Shown in pieces: positions 20,201 through 28,065 of a stretch of 33,212 nt of DNA (within the stretch, counting starts at the first letter, position 1; each line of letters starts with the position of its first letter). The stretch is from positions 1 through 33,212 of the forward strand of contig CAYJHB010000001.1 in assembly GCA_964370105.1 (NCBI GenBank), written 5' to 3'. A program made the position numbers and the translations under genes. The DNA is from an uncultured Muribaculaceae bacterium. GTDB lineage: Bacteria; Bacillota_I; Bacilli_A; RF39; UBA660. The notes beneath the pieces were generated by a model that ran no database searches, was not told the origin of the DNA, and was given only the letters and a program-made list of their open reading frames with translations.

Positions 20201-23200
20201 ACATTTATATAATTGGTACTTAGTAGACACAAAAGAAAAACTATATCCATTTTATATTTCATCAGTAGATAGTGCTAACTTTGTAGCATCACTATACACT
20301 CTAAAATCTTTTGCAGAACAACATCAAGATAAAAGACTAAGAGATGTAACACATGAGTTGATTAAAAATACGAACTTCAGTTTATTATATACAGAAGAAG
20401 ATGTTTTTAGTATAGGATATAATACATTAGAAGAAAAATTATCACCATTCAATTATAATAAATTTGCAAGTGAAAGTAGAATTTTAAGCTATATTGGTAT
20501 TGCATCTTTAGAAGCGCCAGTTAAGCATTGGTTCTGTCTAGATAAAACGATAACTAGTTATAAAAGAGAAAAAGGTTTAACATCATGGGCTGGAACATCA
20601 TTTGAATATTTTATGCCTCTTATTTTCATGCGTAACTATAAAAATACTTTATTAGATGAAAGCTATAACTTTGCCGTTAAATGTCAAAAAGATTATATCA
20701 ATAGCATCAACACTGATCTACCTTGGGGAATATCAGAGTCAGCTTATGCTGAATATGAAGATAATTCAAACTACAAATACAAGACTTTTGGAACTCCTCA
20801 TTTAAAGTTACAGAACAAGGATCCAGAAAGAATTGTAATTTCTCCTTATGCATCATTAATAGCTGTTGATTATGCTAAAGACATAGTTGAAAATATTGAA
20901 AAATATCAAAAAATTGATATGTATAACCAATATGGATTATTAGAAGCATATGATTATACAAAAAAAACACCAGTAAAAGCTTATTTTGCACATCATCAAG
21001 GAATGATTTTAGCAAGTTTAGCTAATCACTTAAAAAATGATGCAATTCAAAACTATTTCCATGAAAATGTTGAAATAAATACTTTTGAAATATTATTAAA
21101 GGAAAAAGCACAAATTAAGTGCCATATTGATAAAAAGATTAATAAATACAAAAGTTATGATTATGAAAAAGAAGATATCCAAAACGATATCAGACAAATT
21201 AAATCATTATCAGCAAGACCAGAAATATCAGTTATTTCTAATGGAAAATATGCCTTATTAATAAACGAAAGAGGTAATGGTTTCTCAAGGTATCGTACAA
21301 CACAATTAAATCGTTATCGTAAAATAACAGAACAAGCCTATGGAATGTTGTTATATTTTAAAGATTTAAACAATAACAAAGTGTGGTCTAATACATATGC
21401 ACCTATGAATGTAAAACCAGATGATTATGAAGCTATCTTTGCTACTGATAAAATCAAATTTATAAATAAGACAAATGAAATAACAACAACAACAGAAATT
21501 GTCGTGGGAACAAAACATAATTCTGAAATACGTAAATATACATTTTATAATAATTCAGATGAAATTAAAAAATTACAATTAACAACTTACAATGAACCTA
21601 CGATTGGACCAAATAGCGATGACATTGCTCATCGTACATACCAAAACTTATTTGTGAAAACAGAATATAATGACCAAGAAAAATTCTTAGTATCATCAAG
21701 AGAAAAAGAAAATAAGATAAAATATGTTGTTAATAAGTTATATAGTAAAAAACAAGATTTAGTTATTGAATATGAAACAACAAGAGAAAAATTTATCGGT
21801 AGAAATAGAAATACAGATAATCCAGTGGCATTAGAAAACGATAATTTAACTAATACTTACGGTGACGGAATTGATCCAGTCATGAGTTTGAGAACAACAA
21901 TTGAACTTAAACCACAAGAAAAACAAGTAATTTATTTTGTGAATGGGTACTCAAGAAGTATGGACCAAGTAAAAGATTTAGTTCGCTATTATAACAAAGG
22001 AACAAATCTTGAAAAAGCATTTGAACTGGCTAACATCAAAAATAATATGAATACTAAGCTACTAAATTTACATGGTGCAGAAATGAGACTATATAACATT
22101 ATGCTTAATTATTTATACCAAACAAGTAGATTGAATGTACCAAAAGCAAGAACAGACATCATGAAAAACAATACACTATCACAAGAATCATTGTGGAAGT
22201 TTGGTATTAGTGGAGATAGACCTTTAATTTTAGTGAATGTTAATGAAATAAAAGATATTGGTTTAATCAAAGAATTATTAAAAGCTTATGAGTATTTTAA
22301 ATCAAGATCACTATTTATTGATTTAGTAATAGTTAATAACAATATATTAGAATGTAGTCATATTTTAGAAGTGATTACTAATGAAACAAAGTATAAAATA
22401 GAAAATATTTATAATATTGATAATAATTTAGGTAACATTAATATCATTGAAAAAGACCAATTAACTGAAGAAGAAGTAATTCTCTTACAAGAAGTAGCAA
22501 GACTAAATATCAATAGTGAAGAATATCTATCTCTGTATGAATACATTGCAAATCTACAAGGTATGAATGTTTTAATTCCATATAGAAGACATAATCACGA
22601 AAAAACTATTAAGTATGAAGTTGATAATTTAGAATATTACAATGGCTATGGTGGTTTTGCTAATGAAGGTAAAGAGTATATTATTAATAATCCAAATACC
22701 CCAACACCATGGAGTAATGTCCTAGCTAATAAAACATTTGGTAGTATTGTTACTAATAATGCAAATGGATATACTTACTATGGAAATTCAAGAGAGTTTA
22801 AAATATCATCATGGACTAACGATATTGTAGTGGATGATAAAAGTGAAGGGATTAAAGTTAATGGAAAACACTTTAACCCATCTCTGACAACACATGGTTT
22901 TGGATATTCAACATTTACAAGTCAAGGAAATGATTACGAAGGTAATTTAACTGAATTTGTACATTATGTAGATAATATAAAATATTACTTATTCAAATTA
23001 AAAAATATAAGTAAAGAAACTAAGAAATATACACTTAACTTTTGGATGAATCCAGTACTAGGTGTAACAGAAGAAAAAACAGCTAGACATATATATTCTG
23101 AAATGCTTGAAAATGAGAACGCTTTATTACTGAGAAATGTATATAATAAGATTTTTGGAAATGTTAATATCTTAATGACATCAAGCGAAAAAATTACTGA

Positions 23201-24890
23201 TTATTCTTATAGTAAAGTACTGATTAGAAGTATTAATATTGAAGTAGAACTAGAACCAGGAAAAGAAAAAGAAATTTCTTTCATGATTAAAGCTACAACA
23301 GATAATATAACTTTTGATAAGAGTATAAAAGCTGTTAAGAAAGAATTACTTAATACTAAGAAATATTGGCATGATACATTATCTACTATTCAAGTTAAAA
23401 CACCAGATTCTAGCCTTGACTATATGCTTAATGGATGGTACTTATATCAAGCACTAGCGTGTAGAATATATGCTAAATCAGGATTTTATCAAGTAGGTGG
23501 AGCATATGGATATCGTGATCAATTACAAGATGCATCAAATCTTACTAATATAAATCCCGAAACATCAAAAAAACAAATTTTAAATAATGCTACTCATCAG
23601 TTTAAAGAAGGAGATGTTCTTCACTGGTGGCATAAAGAATTAAGTTTTGGGTTACGTTCAAGATATAAAGATGATTACTTATGGTTAGTATATGCAACAC
23701 TTTCATATATTGAAAAAACAGAAGATTTATCTATTTTAGATGAGCAAGTACCATTTGTAGAAGGTGAAGAATTACAAGAATTCGAATCAGAAAAAGGTAT
23801 GCCATTTACTTATTCAAATTACCAAGAAAGCTTGAAATATCATATGTTCTTAGCACTGGAAAAGTCTATGAATTCATTAGGAAAGCATGGAATACCACTT
23901 ATGGGTGGAGGAGACTGGAACGATGGTATGAATAAAGTTGGTATAGAAGGTAAAGGAGAAAGTGTTTGGTTAGGTTTCTTCCTACACTTAATTATTGATA
24001 AATTAGTTAATGTTTTTGATAAATTTGAAATAGAATATGACAAAAACAAGTATGTTGATTTTAATTTTGAACTAAAAAAAGATATATTGAATAATTGCTA
24101 TGATAAAGAGTATTATCTAAGAGCATTCTTTGATAATGGTGATAAGTTAGGATCAATAGAAAATGATGAATGTAAAATAGACTTATTATCACAAAGTTTT
24201 GCTATTTTATCAGAAGTAGCAACTAAAGAACAAGTTAAATCAATCTTAAAAAATACTGAAAGTACATTAGTCGATAAAGAGACAAAAATAATCAAACTAT
24301 TAACACCAGCATTTAAAAATTCAAAAAACAATCCTGGATATATTAAACACTACCCAGTAGGAATCAGAGAAAATGGTGGGCAATATACTCACTCAGTAGC
24401 TTGGTATATCATGGCTCTATGTCAAGCAAAAGAACATGACAAAGCCTATGAATATTATCAAATGATTAATCCAGTTAATAGAACTACTAATCAACAAGAT
24501 ACTGATACTTATGCCTTAGAACCATATGTTATCGCAGCAGATATTTATACTAATGAAAGATATAAAGGCCGTGGTGGATGGAACTGGTATACAGGAAGTG
24601 CAGCTTGGTTTTACAGAGTAGGTATTGAAATAATATTAGGATTTAATAAAAAAGGTAATAAATTAACAATTACACCACATATTCCTAAACATTTTAATCA
24701 ATATGAAATAACTTATAAATATCAAGATACAACATATCATATTACTGTTAATAATAAGAAAGAGACATCTACTGAATACATTGTAGATGGTAAAAAAACA
24801 GATTTTATAGCATTAATAAATGATAAAAAACAACACGAAGTAGTTGTTAATTTAGCAAAGGAGATTAACTATGATCAAATTGGATTTTAA
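17238..24890 (+). CDS. Cyclic beta-1,2-glucan synthase-like multidomain protein (Cgs/ChvB/NdvB family: N-terminal region, GT84-type glycosyltransferase, 6 TM segments, central glucan-binding/cyclisation region, C-terminal GH94 phosphorylase domain)
   Basis: 2550-aa uninterrupted ORF. It has NEWLIDNYHVL near the N-terminus, glycosyltransferase motifs ITLDTDTQL (DxD at 18822-18830) and HRWARGD (19264-19281), and paired hydrophobic segments flanking the GT region. The C-terminal part carries GH94 hallmarks: YRDQLQD, GGGDWNDGMN (23910-23924) and ENGGQYTH. Confidence 0.88.
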   Translation: MTKLISNYKTNKKYLAKYYKKLVSLTKKKNYVGANNEWLIDNYHVLLLNDAEVKKTIKISDNVYQLNNYNQDLLKTIEEVLEDSNYKVNINSFINKLKTKGYEYTYKELNMLTTIILFILVNKVSDIYHEESSNISDLLEAKKIRKKLLQEQLNSFKNYKKYTRGIEKRPVFLENIVYLIQEMDSSSQHLLAELNDYLETKGTTIKEMLNNIHQQQADNNIIIINIWTSLNELLKAQITTVYNKLSNTEQLLKQDKMYKQMDDRSKEIYRQKIIKLAKRLKIEEEEFVEKLIKKSKDDEKHIGFYLFKTPNIKLRTTTYMGAMLSFTVLLTLALTVIFIPQKILGFFLLLLPCNELVFQILNNFLLRHSNPDEIVKLDYDKGIPNSSAVMIVMPTIVKNKEKVISLFKTLETYYLSNIGKNVHFTLLADGKENKEEHYEFDDEINQAGLDECLRLNKKYGRDIFFFIHRRRFYNKNEGSWLGIERKRGALNHFNLTLLNKLTKEEKQKYFQVQNLDTLKSKIKYVITLDTDTQLVVNTVSKLVGAMDHPLNTPVLNKTKTKVVSGYGIMQPKISLDIESTNRSIYSQLFVGIGGFDIYNRTTPNLYQDIFKEGSFVGKGIYNLETYDQVLTNAFPDNLILSHDLVEGNYLRCAYLSDIELYDDFPSKYLTDAMRKHRWARGDTQISGWMFKKVRNARNRKVNNPFNFIEKWKIFDNLRRSFLDFSYLLIIIAACFLNAKTPVIFPILVLIIILLPILYYFLTKINYRAFFGIKRKRYRRYFYGSIAVFLRCLTTFALIPYNAFLYLDATIRSLYRMLISKKKLLNWITAEEAEKMVKNNLSAYFKRFLINYIVGIIFIVLGLVDDSYTIIIFGLLFMGAPLLLYWISKEFNENKNIEKKKEEVLTKLAYDTWKYFDDLLTDENNYLIPDNYQLNREEKVGVQTSPTNIGMSILSIISAYEFKFITLEKALSLLNSIISTVEELDKWNGHLYNWYLVDTKEKLYPFYISSVDSANFVASLYTLKSFAEQHQDKRLRDVTHELIKNTNFSLLYTEEDVFSIGYNTLEEKLSPFNYNKFASESRILSYIGIASLEAPVKHWFCLDKTITSYKREKGLTSWAGTSFEYFMPLIFMRNYKNTLLDESYNFAVKCQKDYINSINTDLPWGISESAYAEYEDNSNYKYKTFGTPHLKLQNKDPERIVISPYASLIAVDYAKDIVENIEKYQKIDMYNQYGLLEAYDYTKKTPVKAYFAHHQGMILASLANHLKNDAIQNYFHENVEINTFEILLKEKAQIKCHIDKKINKYKSYDYEKEDIQNDIRQIKSLSARPEISVISNGKYALLINERGNGFSRYRTTQLNRYRKITEQAYGMLLYFKDLNNNKVWSNTYAPMNVKPDDYEAIFATDKIKFINKTNEITTTTEIVVGTKHNSEIRKYTFYNNSDEIKKLQLTTYNEPTIGPNSDDIAHRTYQNLFVKTEYNDQEKFLVSSREKENKIKYVVNKLYSKKQDLVIEYETTREKFIGRNRNTDNPVALENDNLTNTYGDGIDPVMSLRTTIELKPQEKQVIYFVNGYSRSMDQVKDLVRYYNKGTNLEKAFELANIKNNMNTKLLNLHGAEMRLYNIMLNYLYQTSRLNVPKARTDIMKNNTLSQESLWKFGISGDRPLILVNVNEIKDIGLIKELLKAYEYFKSRSLFIDLVIVNNNILECSHILEVITNETKYKIENIYNIDNNLGNINIIEKDQLTEEEVILLQEVARLNINSEEYLSLYEYIANLQGMNVLIPYRRHNHEKTIKYEVDNLEYYNGYGGFANEGKEYIINNPNTPTPWSNVLANKTFGSIVTNNANGYTYYGNSREFKISSWTNDIVVDDKSEGIKVNGKHFNPSLTTHGFGYSTFTSQGNDYEGNLTEFVHYVDNIKYYLFKLKNISKETKKYTLNFWMNPVLGVTEEKTARHIYSEMLENENALLLRNVYNKIFGNVNILMTSSEKITDYSYSKVLIRSINIEVELEPGKEKEISFMIKATTDNITFDKSIKAVKKELLNTKKYWHDTLSTIQVKTPDSSLDYMLNGWYLYQALACRIYAKSGFYQVGGAYGYRDQLQDASNLTNINPETSKKQILNNATHQFKEGDVLHWWHKELSFGLRSRYKDDYLWLVYATLSYIEKTEDLSILDEQVPFVEGEELQEFESEKGMPFTYSNYQESLKYHMFLALEKSMNSLGKHGIPLMGGGDWNDGMNKVGIEGKGESVWLGFFLHLIIDKLVNVFDKFEIEYDKNKYVDFNFELKKDILNNCYDKEYYLRAFFDNGDKLGSIENDECKIDLLSQSFAILSEVATKEQVKSILKNTESTLVDKETKIIKLLTPAFKNSKNNPGYIKHYPVGIRENGGQYTHSVAWYIMALCQAKEHDKAYEYYQMINPVNRTTNQQDTDTYALEPYVIAADIYTNERYKGRGGWNWYTGSAAWFYRVGIEIILGFNKKGNKLTITPHIPKHFNQYEITYKYQDTTYHITVNNKKETSTEYIVDGKKTDFIALINDKKQHEVVVNLAKEINYDQIGF

Positions 24891-26031
24891 GTATGTAAAA
24901 ACACCAAGAGAAAACAATTTTTCAATAGATATAATTAAAGAAAAATTATTTTCTTCACCTATGACTGGTTGGTTAGATTATAAATTAGATACAACTAAAG
25001 TAAAAGAAATAGCTAATCGAGTAAAAGAAAAAGCAGAAGTATTTATTGTTATTGGAATAGGTGGATCATATCTAGGTAGTAAGGCTATTATCGATAGTCT
25101 TACACCATACTTTAAAAAGAGTAAAACAGAAGTAATATATGCTGGCACGAATTTATCTAGTGAGTATATGAATGATTTACTAACCTTTATTTCTTCTAAG
25201 GAAGTTATGATTAATCTAATATCAAAATCAGGTTCAACACTAGAGCCTAATATTGCTTTTGATTTAATCAAAAAAGAACTAGAAAAAAAATACTCTAAAG
25301 AAGAATTAGCTAGTAGAATTATTATTACTACTGAAACGGATAATAATTTAGATAAAAAAGCCAATGACTTAGGTTATCAAACATTAGAAATACCAAAAGA
25401 TATAGGTGGAAGATTTTCTTGCTTAACACCAGTTGGATTACTTCCGATTGCAGTCGCAGGGTATGATATTGATGAATTACTAAGAGGGAGTGAAGCCGGT
25501 AAAAACTACTATAAAGAAGCTTATGATTATGCTCTGCTTAGACATGCAAACTATCAAAATAATAAATATATAGAAGCATTCACTATCTATGAAGAAAAAT
25601 TATATATGTTCACAGAGTGGTTTAAACAATTATTCGCAGAGTCACAAGGAAAAGATTATAAAGGTATATTACCAATTTCTGTAGTTAATACAAGAGATTT
25701 ACATTCCTTAGGACAATTCATCCAAGAAGGTAACAAAGTACTATTTGAAACCGTTTTAAAAGTTAATGAATCAAAAGACATAGAATTATCGGCTATGAGT
25801 TTAAATACACTAAACCATATAGCATTAGATAAAGTATGCGAAGCTCACTTACAAGACAATTCAGAAAGCTTAATTATTGAAATAGATAAAATAGACGAGT
25901 ATCATCTAGGACAGTTAATCTATTTCTTTTACCTAAGTGTATCAATAGGTGGACTTATGTTAGAAGTAAATCCATTTGATCAACCCGGTGTAAGTAAATA
26001 TAAAAAACTATTAGAAGAAGCTATTAATTAG
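24871..26031 (+). CDS. pgi: Glucose-6-phosphate isomerase (compact Firmicutes type)
   Basis: VIGIGGSYLGSKA, ISKSGSTLEPN, DIGGRFS, AESQGKD, DLHSLGQFIQEG and NPFDQPGV motifs. SD AAGGAG lies inside the end of the upstream gene, and the two genes overlap by 20 nt. Confidence 0.93.
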   Translation: MIKLDFKYVKTPRENNFSIDIIKEKLFSSPMTGWLDYKLDTTKVKEIANRVKEKAEVFIVIGIGGSYLGSKAIIDSLTPYFKKSKTEVIYAGTNLSSEYMNDLLTFISSKEVMINLISKSGSTLEPNIAFDLIKKELEKKYSKEELASRIIITTETDNNLDKKANDLGYQTLEIPKDIGGRFSCLTPVGLLPIAVAGYDIDELLRGSEAGKNYYKEAYDYALLRHANYQNNKYIEAFTIYEEKLYMFTEWFKQLFAESQGKDYKGILPISVVNTRDLHSLGQFIQEGNKVLFETVLKVNESKDIELSAMSLNTLNHIALDKVCEAHLQDNSESLIIEIDKIDEYHLGQLIYFFYLSVSIGGLMLEVNPFDQPGVSKYKKLLEEAIN

Positions 26032-26040
26032 CTTCTTTTT
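26013..26040 (+). terminator. Rho-independent terminator after pgi
   Basis: AGAAGAAGCTA (26013-26023), TTAAT loop, TAGCTTCTT (26029-26037), then T's to 26040. It includes the TAG stop. Confidence 0.75.
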
Positions 26041-26044
26041 CAGT

Positions 26045-26073
26045 TTGATTAAAGCAAGAACATATGATACAAT
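26045..26073 (+). promoter_or_regulatory. Sigma-A-type promoter (distal of two tandem promoters)
   Basis: -35 TTGATT at 26045-26050, 17-nt spacer, extended -10 TGaTACAAT at 26065-26073. Confidence 0.55.
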
Positions 26074-26113
26074 CAAGATAGGGTAATATAATAAAATTAT
26101 CTAAAACTTATAA

Positions 26114-26142
26114 TTGAAAAATAATAATAAATGTGATATAAT
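26114..26142 (+). promoter_or_regulatory. Sigma-A-type promoter (proximal) for the adenylate-forming enzyme / hybrid kinase pair
   Basis: -35 TTGAAA at 26114-26119, 17-nt spacer, extended -10 TGaTATAAT at 26134-26142. Confidence 0.65.
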
Positions 26143-26194
26143 ATGCCCATCTTTTAGCAATAAAGGAAATAAGTGAATTCAGGGGAAGAAAGAA

Positions 26195-28039
26195 GTGAAA
26201 AACATGCAAGATAAATACTCAAGTAAACAAACGCATAGAAACTATTATCCAGAAGGAAGCGTTGAAGAAATAATTAATAATTCAAAGATGAAAGCATATG
26301 ACTATATGCAAGAAAAAAACAAAAATAATTTAGATTTAATAGCAACTCGTTATTATGGTGATAAAAAAGATTATAACCATTTATTACAAAAGATCGAAGA
26401 TTATGCTAAAACATTTAAAAGTTATGGTATAGGTAAAGGTGATGTTGTAAGTATAGCTTTGCCAACAATGCCAGAAATGATGTATGCAAAATACGCTTTA
26501 AATAGAATAGGAGCAGCATCATATTTGATAGATCCTAGATCTAATCCTGATAAGATATTAGAATATTTTAATAAATCAAATTCAGTGTCAATAATAGCAG
26601 CACAAGAAGTAGTGCCGACTAAAATTATGCCTATTGCTGATAAACTTAGATGTGATAATATAATAACAACATCAGCATCTGACTCTATGAATTTTTGGAA
26701 ACTAGAACCAAGAGTACAAATGTTATATGCAATGATGATTGCTAATAATAATTTCAGTAAAATAAAAAGCAAAATCAAAGGTGATAAATTCATCACTATC
26801 CAAGACTTAGAAAATAAATATAAAAATAAATTTAGTGGTATTCTAGATACACCGTATGAAGAAAACGAACCATTTGCAATCTATAACACAAGTGGTACTA
26901 TTGATCCTACAGGAACTTTAAAAGGATGTATTGCATCTAACGAAGCTTATAATGCAACAGTAGAGCAAATGAGAATAGCAGGAAAAGACTTTAAAAAAGG
27001 AGAAACATCACTATCTATTATTCCGATGTTCTCATCATTTGGATCACTGGTAAATATGCATAATTCATTATCAAACTCTTGGGAATTAATACTAATGCCA
27101 AAATTTGATCCGCTAAAATTTGATTTATACTTAAAAGAACACAAGCCTAATAGTGTAATTGCGGTACCTAGTATGTGGGAAACACTGATTAAATATGATA
27201 GAGTAAATGATGTTGACTTTTCTTTTTTAACTAGACCAGTTACTGGTTCTGCTAAAATGAATATTACTAAGATAGATGAAGTGAATAAGTTTTTTAAAGA
27301 GCATAATGCTCCAGATACAGTATTAAAAGTAGCTTATGGGGCTAGTGAGTTTGGAGGATGTATTTCTGCAACCTTAGAAGATCATGGGTTCTATAGACCA
27401 GAAACAGAAGGAATTTTATTAATGGGATGTAGTGCAATGGTAATAGACCCTGATACAAAAGAAGAATTAGATATTGGAGTAGCTGGAGAACTATGCGTTA
27501 ATACACCAACAATGATGAACGAATATATTGATAATGATGAAGCTACTGAAGATATTACTATTTATAAAGACGGTATGAAGTATTATAGAACAGGGGATAA
27601 GGTGTACTTGGATGAAACAGGACATGTGCATATAATTGACCGCTATAAAACATTTATCAAAAAACCAGATGGACACAGTATTCCAGCACAACCGATAGAA
27701 AACGCAGTACTACTACATCCGTCAATTAGTAATTGTGTGGCTGTAGGACTTGCTTATGACGAGTTATCAGGAACAATACCAACAGTTTTTGTTGAAAGAA
27801 ATGATAAGTCTAAATCTTTTGACGAAATAGTTAGTATATTAGATGATTTATGTAAAGTGAATTTACCATCACCTGATTTACCAATGGCATTTGTAGAAGT
27901 AGAAGAGTTAGCACTTACTCCTATGTTAAAACCAAATCGCAAACACTATGAAGGATTTAAGTTTGAAGATATTAATCCAGTGGTAGTTGACGATCATTTC
28001 TTAGATAATAAAAAACACCAATTTAAAAAGAATAAATAA
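26195..28039 (+). CDS. Adenylate-forming (AMP-binding, acyl-CoA synthetase-like) enzyme; substrate unknown
   Basis: YNTSGTIDPTGTLKGC (variant of the T-S-G-T-T-G-x-P-K-G motif), a YGASEFGG-type motif, YRTGDKVYLDETGHVHIIDRYK, and the C-terminal TPMLKPNRK. The start is GTG 26195 (SD GGGGAAG) or ATG 26204. Confidence 0.85.
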   Translation: MKNMQDKYSSKQTHRNYYPEGSVEEIINNSKMKAYDYMQEKNKNNLDLIATRYYGDKKDYNHLLQKIEDYAKTFKSYGIGKGDVVSIALPTMPEMMYAKYALNRIGAASYLIDPRSNPDKILEYFNKSNSVSIIAAQEVVPTKIMPIADKLRCDNIITTSASDSMNFWKLEPRVQMLYAMMIANNNFSKIKSKIKGDKFITIQDLENKYKNKFSGILDTPYEENEPFAIYNTSGTIDPTGTLKGCIASNEAYNATVEQMRIAGKDFKKGETSLSIIPMFSSFGSLVNMHNSLSNSWELILMPKFDPLKFDLYLKEHKPNSVIAVPSMWETLIKYDRVNDVDFSFLTRPVTGSAKMNITKIDEVNKFFKEHNAPDTVLKVAYGASEFGGCISATLEDHGFYRPETEGILLMGCSAMVIDPDTKEELDIGVAGELCVNTPTMMNEYIDNDEATEDITIYKDGMKYYRTGDKVYLDETGHVHIIDRYKTFIKKPDGHSIPAQPIENAVLLHPSISNCVAVGLAYDELSGTIPTVFVERNDKSKSFDEIVSILDDLCKVNLPSPDLPMAFVEVEELALTPMLKPNRKHYEGFKFEDINPVVVDDHFLDNKKHQFKKNK

Positions 28040-28065
28040 TTATTGTGAAAAGAGGGGCCTAATTT

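Noticed and set aside
24871-26031. pgi is only 386 aa, about 60 aa shorter than the Bacillus enzyme, which could suggest truncation or a pseudogene.
   Set aside because: All catalytic and sugar-phosphate-binding motifs are present in order. The shortening is spread over several loops and the N-terminus rather than coming from a frameshift or premature stop. This is consistent with a compact orthologue.
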